NCBI GenBank assembly: GCA_028023455.1
Contig: JAQFVV010000005.1
Coordinates: 22,444,001-22,508,000 of the forward strand
Length of the DNA: 64,000 nt
Reading direction: 5' to 3'
Source: Epiperipatus broadwayi
Taxonomy: Eukaryota > Animalia > Onychophora
The position numbers were made by a program, and so were the translations under genes. Under the pieces are notes generated by a model. That model searched no databases. It was not told the DNA's origin and saw only the letters and a list, made by a program, of their open reading frames with translations. Each line of letters begins with the position of its first letter. Position 1 is the first letter of the stretch. Shown piece after piece: positions 1 to 14,470 of this stretch.

Positions 1-879
1 ATGAATGGTTTAATTGCCCAGAAGGTCCTGTGACAGACAAACACTGCAAATGGCAGGTAGAGCTTCTATTCAAAATCCTTTGAGTCTATCATCTTTCTAC
101 TGCACTAGACTGCACATCCCAATTAACATCTTTATAATAATTGCTGTTTAATAAAATTCCTATTTAGAAATTATTTTATTGTTTAAGAGTCATTGTAATA
201 TAATGATCTTTTTTTATAAGATGAGAAAATTGTTTTTGGAAAAGTGTTTATAGAGAGTGGTGAGCGGGGAAAGTTCTCATGAAGGCTGATTAAGATTTAT
301 CGATATACTTTGTTTTATTTTATATATATATTTTATGCTTTTTCCCCCATGTTACAAAGGTCATCTTTGTGGCAACAGATGGAAATTGTTGATGCTAATC
401 TACTTTAATTTTTGTCATGCTAAGATTTCTTTTTATATTGGTCTAAAATAAATTGTTACATGTTCCAGGAGTTGTGCTTTTTTATAATTTTAAACTTTCA
501 TTCATATATATATTGCAGTGTTATTATCATCATTAATATCTAAAGTAGCCATTAAATAAGCTAATTCAATCATCCTCATAGATGAATAAAGATGGAAGAA
601 GCATCATTAGCCAGACTTCTTTCCTAGTAATAAAGGGATACTTTTTTTTCTTATTTTACTCTATAACTAAAAATAGCTAGATTTCCATTTAAACTGATTA
701 ATATCATATGGTTAAAATCTTTTATTTCGTATATGTCATAAGGATGGAGACTGATTCATTGCTTGTATTGCATAAAGTCCTAATCACTGAATTCAGTTCC
801 AATATTTTCTGTGGATAATAGCAAATCTCTATATAATATACGCAGGTAACATACACATTCCAATAATAGTATCAAATTA

Positions 880-1770
880 AGAAATTGGGCACAGAAAAAC
901 ATCAACAAAAATATTTAATAAATAAATAGAATAATGCAGTTATGAAAAAGGCAATACCTAATTACGTAATTAATCACACTACAGAGATATATCTTATAGT
1001 ATTGCGGTGCGATGTACTGTCTCCTTATACAGAGTCAGTAATCTCTGCCACTATGCCCAGAGAAACCTGTTGGCCACTTTACTTTCACTTTCCATTTCCT
1101 GCCCTAAGTTTTTCCATATTCTTCTCTATCCTGCTCCATCCCATTTCCACAACATAATCTTTGTCAACTCCATGACCTTTATATCTAAATTCCCCTTTTT
1201 GCCAAACTCAACATAAAAACCAATAACCCACATTCTGTATAATCACTTTGTTTATATTTATTTTTTCACAACTTCATTATTTGTACTCTTTCTGCTTTCA
1301 GGAAATTACATTCAATTAACAGATGCCTAATATTTTCTATGCCTTCCTTACACAACTTGCAGACTAAATCACCCACATTTTTCCATCTATGTGTATATTT
1401 CCTTGTTGCTAAAGATCCTGTTCGAGCCTTAAACCATAAACTATTTTTCTTTCTATTATCATAAATTAACTGTCACCCAATATTTTGTTTACTTCTATAT
1501 ATATTTAAACTCTTTTTACTCTCCATACTAGTTCTCCATCTCTCCAACTCCCTATTCTTTATTAATGCATCTATTCTTCTATCCCTTTCCTTACCACTAT
1601 AATACTCATCAATTCTCCTAATACAATAATCTCACCTTTTGTATAAGTATACTGATATAAATTCTTTATCCAAATCTTCTGCATACCGTACTGTCTTTCT
1701 CACCCATCTTGACACTTTCCCTTTACTCATAACCCAATTAAATACTGTTGTTAATGAAACCATTTATGCT
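880..1770 (-). mobile_element. Decayed LINE 3' fragments (same family as 23630-24625 and 51660-54120)
   Basis: Reverse complement matches 24330-24600 and 53250-54080 (e.g. catctccattt..acaacataatctttgtcaactccatg block). Confidence 0.7.
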
Positions 1771-3289
1771 TCCTCTATTAGTTCTTTATTTAACTAAGAT
1801 CTAAGATGCTGTATAATAGCTAAATTTTTAATTATAAACTATGACAATATAAAGTTTATGGGATTAGTTTTAGGGTAATCCCTCTTCACCAGTTGCTAAA
1901 TCCTAACATCACTAACCACAAATAAGAATAAGTTTAAATCTTCTTTATTTCAAACAGATTTTACTTTATTTCAAAGGTGAAGGATGAAGACATACATTAT
2001 TAAATGTGATTTTCTTCAAAGTTAACAAGCACACATTTAATTATGTAGTGTGTAAGTAGAATTACAGTTTCATTTTTTTTACAAACTTTAATATAATTTA
2101 TTACAATTTAATTTACAAAAATCAAATGTTTTGCATCCACAACTTTAACACCTAACTACTTCAGATAATACATTAATTATTATTAATCTTTTATTAAAAA
2201 CTAGAGATTATCTCAGATAAAATCTTCAGATCTCACATATTAATATATGCTTTTTAATTATGTATAAACTCTTGGAATAATTCAACTTCATCTCTTTTTT
2301 GTATATATATAAATCATAGCACTCCAGCTAATGCTTAAAATTAAACAAACGAATATCAGCAATTTGTCAAGGCAACAGTTATCTGAATGTTGCCTTGGCA
2401 ACAGGTTGCTGGTATTCTATTGGCTAATTTTAAGCACTGTCTGGAATGATAAGATTAACATGATAATTAATTAGCTACGTTCACTTATGGTTTAATATCT
2501 ATCTATCTATCTATAAAAAGATGTTATTTACTTTATGACATTCACAATCATAAAACAGGCATTACTTGCTTTACAAAATTTAAATTATTAATGGGTTGTT
2601 TTTTACAGAATTTATAAGTATATATGCAAATATATTATTAAAACTTATCTAAATAATGAATTAATAAAAAGCAATCAAATGTTCTGATTCAAAATAGTAG
2701 TAATCAAAGAGTGAGAAAGCAATCATATGAAGAAATGGCTGAGTGGTGATGAGTCCACTCATAAAGGCAGAGATGCACATGAAATTTATGAATTTAAAAT
2801 GTGAATTTTTATTTTGTATTTGTTTTTTGTTTTTTTTTTTCAAATTGTTGGTTATTGAAATCTTAGATAGTGATATGTATATATATATATATTTACCTAA
2901 TTAAGGAGGTTTATTTAAACTTCTTTGTATTAATAATTTCAGTCTCTGTGGTCAAGTTGCAATTTTCAGTGTTAATATAAATATATTGAACAATAAATAA
3001 AGATGGAAGTCCACCTTTATTGTTAAAAGGAGGTTGCCTTGACAACAGATTGAAATTGTTGATAATTATTGATATTAGGATTGTCGGAGTGTTGTCCGAT
3101 TTCTATGAATTTATATATATATATTGGAATGGTACAGAAGGGGGGTGAATTTGGGGAGATGGAAAAGCACATCATCCCATAAAATAACTAATTGGGTTCA
3201 ATATAAAAGGATTTTAGTGAATATGAATATCAGGATGAGATCCAATGAATAAGAATAAATAATGCAAATATAGAATAAGAGCAGAGACT

Positions 3290-3770
3290 CGGTGAAATAA
3301 AACCATAAGGTGCATCTCTAGCATTACAGAAGAATAATAATCATTAATCATCAGCATTATATAATCAACAAAGAACAATAAAAAAATCAACAGTCAACTT
3401 TGTGACTGGATTTGGAAGGAGTCCACTATAGACAAGGTTACTTTTTTAGCCACTGCCAAACTGAGGGCAGAAATACAATACAAATCTGGATGAACATATT
3501 TAAGTGCTAATCCATTATTCATAATAAAGAAAAATAATGCTAATATACTGAACATACTAATCATTGTCAATGCTCTGGCGATCTAGTACTATTAATGTAC
3601 AGGTCAAACATTAACTTAATTTCTAAAAAAAAAACATAAAATGTAGTGATAGTTCTTAAAGATGATATATTTGTACCAACCAGGGTTGTCATCCGAATGT
3701 CCAAACACCAACATAAATCCTTACATTTAGATAAGTAACCATTATGTTCTAATCTAGTTCAGGAAGCAAG
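3290..3770 (+). mobile_element. Possible Penelope-like element remnant, inverted relative to 5840-6950
   Basis: Reverse-complement similarity to 5840-6080 and 6790-6900; reads KDDIFV near 3658-3676. Confidence 0.3.
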
Positions 3771-5839
3771 AACTCTGAACTATTTTGTGAGTAAGAGCTA
3801 AATAAGTGTAACAGCTTATTCTAATTTATTTTAAAATAACTTCTAGGATAATTTGAAAACAACCCCTGCAATACTAAACTGTATTGAAATCAAGTCACAC
3901 ATATTGCTAATTCATGTAAAAGATAGCTGGAGGGAAGTATAAAGATGTTAACATTAGAATACTTTTTAAACAATTATTCAATACACTAACTGATTAACCA
4001 TAAACAAAAATTAAAAAAATGATATGATAATATGAAAATTTAAACTTGAACATTTTATCAAAAAAATATCGTTTCATAAAAATTATAATTAATCAGTTGA
4101 TTTATATTCATTAAATTAACTAACTTTTGCTTTCATTAAATTATTTCTTTAAATAATAAAAGGGGGAAAATAATTTCTTCATAATCAGAGATAATAATCT
4201 TTAATTTAATTAATTCTTTATTAAGTTTTAGAAGGTAAACCAAGTAAAAGAAAAAACATGTTTCAAAAGAAAATTTTAAATTTAATAAAATTAAATTTTT
4301 CGAAAAACTTTTTATAATTTGGAAAAGAAAAATTAAATGGATAAAAAAAAACATGTTTCACAACAAAATATTAAATTAATGAAGTTATTCAAATTTATCA
4401 ATTATTACTTTTATAAAAAAATATTTTTAACTATAAATGAAAATATAATGTGCATATAAAAATATCTTTATTCTTTGAAGTCCTTTGCAATTATAATTTT
4501 TCAGTTTCCATGTTGGTTTTTTTTTAAAGGCTTCTACACCATGTACATGGTTAATTTATCCCTTTATGATATGCAGTATTTTCAGGTTAACAAACGGCAA
4601 GAATTTATCCATTTTCTTTTCAATAAAATTTCCAAATCAGTCAGAGACACTGACTTGATTGCAGATTACTTTAAGGGCATTTTTCTTTTTTACATTTTAT
4701 TGCAATGAAGCAGATTACATGGAGGTAAATGATGTCTAGCTTTTATATAAATTTATCACATGGTTTTTATTGTAGAAAATATTTTTATAACTAAACTCAA
4801 TGTGCTAACAGCTTGGTTAAAACTTCTGTTCTCTGCAACAGCTTAGTCAGGAACTTTTTTCTCCTATTGTCTTCTTCAGCAGCTGGATCAAGAATTAATG
4901 CTTCTCATAAGACACTTAGGTCTTCTGATCAACCTACATCCCTAATTTTTTTTGAAACTCTGTTTTCAAACAAATCACAATTCTGTTTCCAACATGACAA
5001 AATTTAGTAATAAACAATTAGTTCAACAATTTTTACTAACATATAATTGTTTAGATATTTCTTTTTTTTATGAATTAAAAAATTTCAATCGTATTTTTAA
5101 ATTCCTCTTTAATTAGTTTTTTTTTCCAAACATAAAACAAGATAATCAGACGAATCGCACTGATCAGATATTCATTGCCTATTGTATACTGAAGGAAGAT
5201 AAAGAGAAGAGAAAGAAAAAAAACTGATTAATTAAAGTAAAATGTTAACAAAATGTTAAAATTATATTTTATTTATTTTCTTTTAAAATTTACTAAATAT
5301 AAAAATTTATCCGCTTTATTGTTTAAATATTACAATTATTAAATAATTTACTAAAGAGAAAATTATTTTCTCTTAGTATCTTTAAAATTAAATTAATATT
5401 AACAAACAGACAAAATTATTGAAGAGAGAAAACAAAAGAAATTATTGATCTGAATTTATAGTTTTTTTCTTTTACCAACATTTACAAATTATATTATATA
5501 TAAAAATAATCATATTATGTTTTTAAAAAAATGTTTGAGAATTACTTAAAGAAAATTGCTTAGAATCTTCATTTTATCTTTTTTTTTTACTTTTTTGTGT
5601 ATTGTTAATCAGTTAGTGTATTAAATAATTATTTAAAAATATTTTAGTGTTAATATCTTTATTCCTCCAGCTATCTGTTACATGAATTGGCAGTGTGTGT
5701 GGCTTTATTTCAATACAGCTTAGTGTGTTAGGGATTGTTTTCAATTTATCCCAGTGAAGTTATTTTAAAATTAATTAGAATAAGCTGTTATATTTATTTA
5801 ACCCTTGCTCACAGTAATAGTTCAAAGAATTCTCACTTT

Positions 5840-6950
5840 GTGATCTAGATTAGAGCATAATGGTTAGTTACATGAATGTAGGGGTTTGTGTTGGTGTTTG
5901 ACATCCAGATGATAACTCTGGTAAATGCAAAAGTATCACCTTTAAAGTCCATGCACTACATTTTTATGTTTTTTTAGAAATTAAGTTTATAGTTGGCTGT
6001 ACACTAATAGTGCTAGGTAGCCAGAGCATTGATGATGATTAGCATGTTTAGTATCTCAGCATTATTATGAGCAAGATTGGATTGGGTTTTCACTGCTGGA
6101 GTTTCTTTAGCTGTACTTTTAGTTTTGATGATGGACAGAGAGTTTTGTCATTGGCTGGAGGATATAATGTTTTTATGAAACTGATTAATCTATCTTAGGC
6201 ACTGCTCTGACCCACTTCAGGTGTTCATATTTATCATGACCTGTTAACATAGTCCTGTGATGATCCCCAGCCTCTAAATCTCCAAGAAAAGGAGCAAGGC
6301 ATTCTATTTTTGGGTTGTAGATAGCTTATAGTGTCTAATGTGAGATAGAATTTCTGGTGTTCATGCTGTATTGTGCATTTATAGTGTAGTGGCTGGATTC
6401 TGTATCCCAAGATTGCAGGATACTTTGCTTTCTTTTGTTGTCAGTTTTTTATTAGATTTGTGAAAAGGGTTTTGATAAATCATTGGTTATATGGATATAA
6501 GGATTTACGTTGGTGTTTGTACATCCAGATGCTAATCCTGGATGACACAAAGGTATCATCTTTAATGTCCACACACTACATTTTTTATTGTTAGAAATTA
6601 AGTTGATAGTTAGCCAGTACCTTAATGGTACTATCTGACCAGGGAATTGATGATGATCAGCATGGTTTAGTATCTCTGCTTTAATTCTTTATTATTGTGT
6701 AATAGATTAGCCCTTCTGTATGGATATCTAGAGTTTTGTGTTGTATTTCTGCTGTAAGTTTGGCAGTGGCTAGATACTTAGTCTATATATAGTGGACCTC
6801 TTTCAAATCCAGTCACAAGGCTGACTGTTGATTTTATGATTTTTTGACTGTTCTTTGTTAATTGATGATTAGTTTTGATTTAATTATTCTTCTGTAATGC
6901 TGAAGATGTAATGCTTACCTCATGCCTATTTCTTTTACATTTGATGATTT
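5840..6950 (-). mobile_element. Possible Penelope-like RT remnant, partly tandem-duplicated (5860-6130 vs 6490-6760)
   Basis: Minus strand of 6546-6574 reads V-W-T-L-(frameshift)-D-D-T-F-V, resembling the PLE RT motif WxRYVDDTFV with shortened spacing. Confidence 0.33.
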
Positions 6951-7803
6951 ATAAAATGAGGATGATGATGATTTTCCATCTTCCCATATTAACTCCTTTG
7001 AACTCTGTGCCATTACAATATATAAGATAGAGCATTGAAATGATCTCTATTTAATATATATAAAAATAAGGCTGTTTAGATGCTATATAACTTGAATAGT
7101 TTATCACTCAAAAGATGATATGACATTCGAGTACTATAAGAGAGAGAGTTGAGATTTGATACAAGATTCTTAATTTTTAATCCTTCCATTTTATCCCTGC
7201 ATTAAATCTTGTGAGGCAAAGTGAATAATAAAATACATTAATTGGTGAGTATCTAATTTCTAATGATGCTAATTAAAAAACATGGCTCAATACTGCTGAT
7301 CAATTTTCGGAAGTTTAGTAATTATTACTACAATCATAATTGATTGCAATATAGACTTCTTTTATTTATTTTTTAAGAAAAGGCACTGATTTTGCAGAAC
7401 TGTTTTTAAAAAAAGAAATCCAAATGTTAGGCAATGATCTTTTACTTGTTTTTTTAGAAACTTTTCTTTAGTGATGATTCCTAAATTTGAAGAAATAAAT
7501 GAGAATTGAAACTTGAAACTTCTTATTTGTTAAAAATATATATAATTATAAAAACTTATGACATTATCTTTCGATGGTGACTATCAAGTGGGTGTTTTTA
7601 TTCTATAGTTTGATTTATTAAAAAATTATTAACAATATCTTTGCAGTTTTTGTGATCACTTCCTACTCCTTTGAATTATATTAATTCAGACATTGCAGTA
7701 ATGTTATAAAATTAAAAGCATTCTTTGAAAATAGTATATACTTTAGAAGTTGCTTTTACTGTTATATTCATTGATTCGGGAATTTTATTTTAATGTTTTG
7801 CAG

Positions 7804-7926
7804 ACATTTCTGAAGTATGTCGCCTTAAAAAGTGTCCCACAAAATCAAAGTGTCGGGTGGTGAACAACATTGCACGTTGCTTTTGTCCTGATGGGACCAT
7901 GCTTGAGGGTGAAAATGATATGTGTA
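7804..7926 (+). CDS. EGF-repeat / Pro-Thr-rich extracellular protein, first exon seen (E1): EGF module ISEVCRLKKCPTKSKCRVVNNIARCFCPDGTMLEGENDMC
   Basis: ttttgcag acceptor, gtaagt donor, 123 nt, phase 1-1, six Cys in EGF spacing. Confidence 0.9.
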
Positions 7927-8149
7927 GTAAGTATGTTTAATTTATAAAATATAATTTACCATTTTTAGCAGCTGGTTTTTATGATAATTTATAATAATCA
8001 GATAATGTATCTACTTTCATTTCTCTTTTTTGTCTAAAACGAAAGTTGTATTATAATTGTTATTTCAATTTAATTAAGATAATGAATTCCAACATAGTAT
8101 ATAATTCAATTAAATATGAGTTAGTCAAAACTTAAATAAGCAATAGATG

Positions 8150-8480
8150 TTACATGATCATCGTCATTATCTCATTCATTATCAATCCACTACAGAATGA
8201 ATCTTTCCAACTTAAATCCACTTCTCTGATCCATAGCTCTCTTCTCTATACACCTATTAACAACCATTTTTATTTCATCCATCCATCTCATACATAGTTT
8301 CTTTCAAAGTCTTTTACAATCTCTTAGAATCCAGTTTAAGACTTCAACCTAATATCATCTTTTCTAGCAATATTTCCAGCCCAGCTTCATTTCAGTCTTT
8401 TCTTGTTTTCTTACACACATCTTTCCATACTTTATTGAGTCATCTGAGAATTGATTTATGGTCAATGTCTGTTAATCCTT
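8150..8480 (-). mobile_element. Probable LINE (RTE-like) 3' end fragment
   Basis: Purine-rich degenerate coding-like text on the minus strand with W..R..W-D spacing typical of RTE C-termini; by eye only. Confidence 0.3.
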
Positions 8481-9653
8481 TTATATTCTGGTCTCTCTTC
8501 AGATCAGATTCTAGAATTTCACTACTTAGCACTATTATTGGTTTAATTTTCCAATATCACTTATTTAAAAACTTGCTTCCACTACTATTGTTTAGAAAAT
8601 AGCCTGTTAATGATGGTATTTTCTAAATAACAATGCTAATTATGAGCTTTAAATTTACAGCAGTTGAGTAACTGAATTGGAGGTATATGCTTACAACACT
8701 TTTAAAAAGATAACAATTCTTGATATACAATTTTTTTTTCAAAATTGCTTATACTTGAAATGTACATTTTTTTCTTTTATTACTTTAATATCGACTTCTA
8801 ATTACACAGAACCTTCTCAAATTTCAATATTAATGCTAAAATGCTATTAAGTGTATTTTGACTGACCTAATTATTAGACTATTTACTGAGCAAAAGCTGT
8901 TCAATTTTAGCAGTAAATCATTAACATGTCCTACCTTTTGGATCAATCTCTCTGTATCTTGCAGTAGTGAAGTCTATTATCATTCTTATTCTTATATAAG
9001 TTTTTATTAGTATTTAGTCCACAGCATTTCTTGTAGACTCCAATATCTGTTTTTTTTTCTGGGGGGGGGGGGCATAATTTACTTATATTCAGGAAGAAAG
9101 AATTGGTTATTAAGGCAGTAACTGAAAGTAGATGTCAGTAGTATATAGTAAATTAATTGTGAAGATGCCAAAACACACAACTGTACTATTTTTTTCCAGA
9201 TATAAATATTTGATAATTGTTATTATTTTTAGTCTAGAATTCAATTCTTTCCCCATGTATAATATTATATTTATAATTTTTACTTTACCATGTATACTTT
9301 AATCACGTGAATAAAAATATCCGAAAAAGCAAATGGCCCATTTGTGTAGTCAAAATATAGTAAAAAAAAATTTCATGCAATAGTGACACCTAGTTTAAAC
9401 TTATGTAAACATAAAGAAATGGGGATTGTGATGTTTTAGTAGTTAAAATGTACATTGTAAAAATGAAAATTATAGTTAATGTAGAACATAAATATATATT
9501 CTTTATACATCATTATAAGGTTAATAAAAATAATTTATTTAAAACTTTTTTACATTGCTATCTTTGTTTTTTTTTAATTTAAATAAAAATTATTATAAGT
9601 TTAAAACATAAAATGTATATTTATGTAGTTTTTTGTTTTTTTTGTATTTTTAG

Positions 9654-9680
9654 AACCTACAACACCTGATCCTGGTATTA
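9654..9680 (+). CDS. E2: 27-nt linker microexon (K)PTTPDPGI
   Basis: Long T tract plus tag acceptor, gtaagt donor, phase 1-1, Pro/Thr peptide like the other linkers, keeps frame E1-E3. Confidence 0.75.
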
Positions 9681-12179
9681 GTAAGTTGATGATTTTTTTT
9701 AAAGTATTGCACATGTAAATATTTTTAAATGATTTGCTAGATAGCAGATTTTTTGATTCTGAATCCAAATATTCGTTCATTGCTGGTGATAATTTGGCAT
9801 TGATTTTTTTATTGTCTAATGTTTATAGCTTGGAAAACTGTGACCTTATTTTAAGGATGCACATATATAAAACTATCTTCCATCCTAGAAATTTTTATAC
9901 AAAGTTTATTTTGTTTTCTTTGTTTTTCTACATATTATTCTTTTATATTCAGAATCTAATGTCAAAGAAATTTGCTGAGATTTTTATTAAAAAAAAAGTC
10001 TTTTTGTGATTAAATGGAATTGTATACTATTTTTTAACATTTCTCAAAGTAAAAAAAAACCTATCATTAAATTTATACTTTGGAATGGCTGCGCCAACAA
10101 GAGATCATAATAGAAACTATCTAGTTACTGGAAGTAATTATCTCAAGTTCGTATTTGATTTTTAACAATTGTAACTCATTACAAAAAGGCTTACAATGAG
10201 TCTGCATTATGTTTACAATCTATGACTAGATGGCGCTGTTAACAAGTTACATAAAGCATTAAATAATAACGCAAAAGGCTAAAACCTTCTATGAAACACC
10301 TAAAAAATTAAATAGCAGCAATAAATGTAATAAATAAAAACAATAAAAATTTAATCCATAAGAAATTATATATACACATTTATTTGTTCAAAAGAAAATG
10401 GCAAAATAATAATAAAAATTAATCCATTACATCTCAAACAAAGATAAAATGTAATTTTAAATTAGTAATAATCTCCTCGATGGAAAGTAATGCTAATATC
10501 ACACAAGAATGTAATATAATGGGGCATTGGCATTAAATGACTACTTGTTTGTGAAGAGAGAAAAAAGAATTTTATTCTTTATAAATTTATGTATTAGAAT
10601 GGCACTAAGAAGTCCATAAAAATTGGAGATACTTGTAGAAGAGTTTAATTAATTAATGGGACCAAAGAATATTGTCTATGAGATGCCTTGAATGACCATA
10701 GCTTTGAAATATAATACTAGATAGTATGTATAATGTGTTTTTCAGTGATGGGCTTCAGAATTTGGAAGCTTTGGCTATGTTTCATACTCCTCTCACCTCC
10801 CAAAAGGATATAATGACAAAACTATGAAACTTGATGAGATATTTTTAGTAGACACTGGTTTGTAATAGGTGAAATAATGGTATTCTTCAGCTGATGTATG
10901 ATATTTTCAGTTGAAATTCTTTATTACTTGTTTTATCATATATTGTGTAAGCTGTTGTAGTAATTAACTAAGAGAAACTTTTCACTCATTGCTCAATCTT
11001 ATTTTCGAGGTCATTACAATAGGGAGCTATTTTTGTTTTATCACATGTTGGATAATTAAAGAATCATGTGACATATTATTACTATTAATATTCCTGACTA
11101 TAAAAAAAAGTTGCGCTATTATCAGGAAAAAACTGAGAATACTATATTATATTAAAGAAGAATCATCAAGCAGATTAATTACTGGCTTTTAGTTTGGATA
11201 ATAAAATGGAAGTGGATGTTAAAGATAATTTTTTAAATATATAAATGCTTTATTTCCAGTTTTGAATTCAAGTTTTATTAATAATGGCATAAGTGGGAAA
11301 ACAATCCGATGATGGTTTCAATACATTACTATCTTGTTATCAGTAATTTCTCAAGCTTATTATAGGTGGAATTAGTTAGAAGGTCTCTTATTCTATCATA
11401 TAGTTAAATAACAAGTCATTTATTTTGCAGTAAAGTTAAATCAAATATTCAGTGAGTTGAAAACAGAAATTTGATATGGCCTCTTAATGATGGTAATGAA
11501 AACTTTTTTTAGTAGTTAATGTTTCATATAAAATTTATTATATCTTTAGTAAAATATTTTTTCCTGTTTAACACTGCATACATTAGGTGTTTATAAGTCT
11601 GCATTGATGGAATTTTTTTAAAATAAGTTATTTGTAATTGTTCAAGCCTTTTTAATAGCATATTTATTATTGTTATTGTAAGACATCTCATTCATCAGAT
11701 TAGTGAGTATTCCCTTCTTTCATCTTTAACCTTGTTGAACATGAATTAGATCATCTCACAATCTTGTCATAATACAACAATTTTACTCTAATGACTAGCC
11801 CAAATGAAAGTTTAGAACTACTCTGACTTGTTCATTTCTCGCCAATTTTGATATTCTTAAAGTCTTTGTTACTATTATAATTCAAGAGAGTTAAAACTTT
11901 TTTACTTAGTTTCAATGTACTTTTGTACTCATAGAAAACTCAGATGTATCACTGTTCGAGCAGTTTTATATATCCCTATACCTAAAAGCCTTTTCAAGCT
12001 TTTCATTTTGACTCATCACAGCATCAGTCTGTGACTACTCTTGATTTATGGATTCTTTTTATTGAGGAATGAATTAAAAAGCAAAATTGTCAATTGCTTA
12101 TATATATAATATGTAAGTTTCACTAAAAATATAAGATAGATCTACATATTTTATGTTTAGATAGAATGATGGATTCTGG

Positions 12180-12640
12180 AGCTGCCAAACTACACTACTT
12201 TTGGTGCTTAAACTTTTTATGAACCTCTGATCAATAAACTAATGAATTATTGCCTTGCATAGTTTGGTATAAATGTAGAATGGTATACTTTATAGTTTAA
12301 GGCACACAGATCATAATACAGCTTTGTCACTTGTGGTGCTTGAATGTCTTATAAATCTTTGAGCAATAAACCATTGAATTATTTATTCTGCATGGTGTGG
12401 CAAAGTTGTGGAATAGCAGAGTTAAAAGTTTATGGATCACATCCCAGCTATGTCATTTTTGGTGTTCAAGCATTTTATGAACCCCTGAGCAATAGTCTAT
12501 TGAATTATTTGTTGTTGATGTTTTCTTATAAATTAATTGTAAAATGGCAGTTTCTGGATTTTAATGTCTATGGGCTGCAGCTCAGTCTTAATTACTTTTG
12601 GTGTTCAAACTTTTCTAAGTAATAAATCATTTAATTCATT
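12180..12640. repeat. Four highly diverged tandem units of about 125-135 bp
   Basis: Recurring ttttggtg(c/t)t..aa...ttttatgaacc.ctga.caataa...ttgaattatt block near 12200, 12330, 12458 and 12597. Confidence 0.55.
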
Positions 12641-12832
12641 ATTTATTTTGTAGATTAATAAATTCCATAATTTGTCAGTAAAAATGCTATCACTAGGTTG
12701 ATAAAATACATCTAATACACATTATTCTTTGATTGATAAGAATATTCAAGACAAATATATATTAGTAGGATAGAAATAATCTTTAAAAAACTACTCTCTT
12801 AATGCAATTTTCACAATACATTATTTAACTAA

Positions 12833-12867
12833 TGAGATTTTCGACTAACTAGCAATCTTCTTCAGAT
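12833..12867 (-). ncRNA. Degenerate minimal hammerhead motif abutting a 56-bp hairpin (12865-12920)
   Basis: Minus strand CUGAAGA-A-GAUUG-CUAGU-UAGUC-GAAAA; helix II pairs, helix III and cleavage triplet decayed. Confidence 0.45.
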
Positions 12868-13599
12868 CTCTCAAAAATATCTCCTTTCAAATTTGAAAAG
12901 AGGTATTTTTGAGAGATCAGATATTTCTAGGCAATTGGAACTGTTCTAGGGGAGTTAAATAAAGAATTGTGGAGTGAAGGAAGGATTTATTGTGATATTT
13001 AAAAAACCATGAAAACTGATTCATGCATTGTGGAAACTGTAAGAAGGATTTATGGTGAAATCTAAAGAAGTTTTCTAAGCGGTCAAACTGGTTGTAGTAA
13101 TTAAATAAAGTATTGTGGAAAATAAATTAGGAGGAGTATAATTTCTTAAAAATTTGATATAAGCAATACAAGAAATAATAGAATAATGAACATATTGGAA
13201 ATATAGAAGGTAATTATATGGTTATAATAAATGAATAAATGAAATAATCAAATGATTTTTTTGCTCAAAAGGAGTTCAAGCATCAAAAGGACCAGAATTC
13301 TAGTAAATCTGAGGATTTTAAAGCTCTAGAGGCTGACAATTACTAATCCTATATGTATATTTGAGAACAACTATCTGCTCATACAGTGGCTTGGTTAAAA
13401 AAAGGATCACATATCAGTTTATGTAGATCTCTGCTCAAAACATTTTCACCTCATGATTTCCTTTTACTTTCTGAATGATTAGTATTTGCTATTTCATATG
13501 CTTTAAATATTTTAAATGGATATATTTAAAGGTAAAATATGTTTGTTATTAAAATAATTTTATTAGATACTTTTTTAATGTATGCTTATTTTTTTGCAG

Positions 13600-13716
13600 C
13601 TAATATAGATAAATGTAGTCCTAATCCATGTAAAGTAGGAAGTGTCTGCTTTGCTGGACCACCCTTAAAATGTATTTGTCCTGGAAATATTGAAGTCAAA
13701 CCTGAAGAAGAATGTC
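13600..13716 (+). CDS. E3: EGF module NIDKCSPNPCKVGSVCFAGPPLKCICPGNIEVKPEEEC
   Basis: tttttgcag acceptor, gtaagt donor, 117 nt, phase 1-1, six Cys. Confidence 0.92.
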
Positions 13717-14135
13717 GTAAGTATTTTCATATATATGTAAAATTTGTAATAATAATAAAATACTTTTTTTAATAATCAAAAGACATTCCAATGAAAATAT
13801 CATAAGGGTTCAAAACCTTAAGATTTTTCTGAATTGTAGTAGCTTTAATATAAAGGATTAAAATATGTTCGTTAGATGCATTAGTTCCAGCTTTAAGTCT
13901 TAGTTTTAACTGACAAAGGCAAAATCCAGAAACTGCATTGGGAATGAGAACTTCTAGCACTATACCATCTGGTGTTCATTGAGTTCTAAAACTTATTGTA
14001 GATGGTGCCAGAATAAGGTGAAGATAGTCAAACTATAATGGAGTGGAACAGTAGCAGGGCCAATCAGAGGGGGGAACTGGAAGGGTTGCTGCCCAGGCCT
14101 CGCAATATTAGAGAACTCAACTTGGCAACTCATCA

Positions 14136-14470
14136 CTGTGTCCAGCAGCACTATTGTTGGCTGTATTGCAAATACAATTAAAAAAGAAATAGTAAGAATA
14201 ATGTGAAATGGCATGGCAAGTAATTTAAAATTAACAGAATTTTATTTACAGAGGGTTAGGCATAAAGATAATAAATCATTAGTAATTATATCCAATATGT
14301 ATTATACACTCATTATATACATACTCTACAGACAAAACTTATGGGCCTGAAGGCTTATAAAAATAGTAGTATAGATTGATACAATCTGTTATGAATTCCT
14401 AAGTTTACTTCCACACATCCAGAGGTAAACTTCTTCACACTGGAGCACCCATTGAATGGCACATGGCATT
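14136..14470. repeat. Direct repeat copy 1 of about 300 bp (partner 16771-17130)
   Basis: Colinear similarity, roughly 80% by eye (shared aagaataatgtgaaatggc, ttatttacagagggttaggc, ttatgggcctgaaggcttataaaa). Confidence 0.75.

Noticed and set aside
1-56. Possible exon end EWFNCPEGPVTDKHCKWQ|gtagag
   Set aside because: The donor is weak and phase 0, incompatible with the phase-1 acceptor of E1 without another exon; truncated by the window edge, so it cannot be supported
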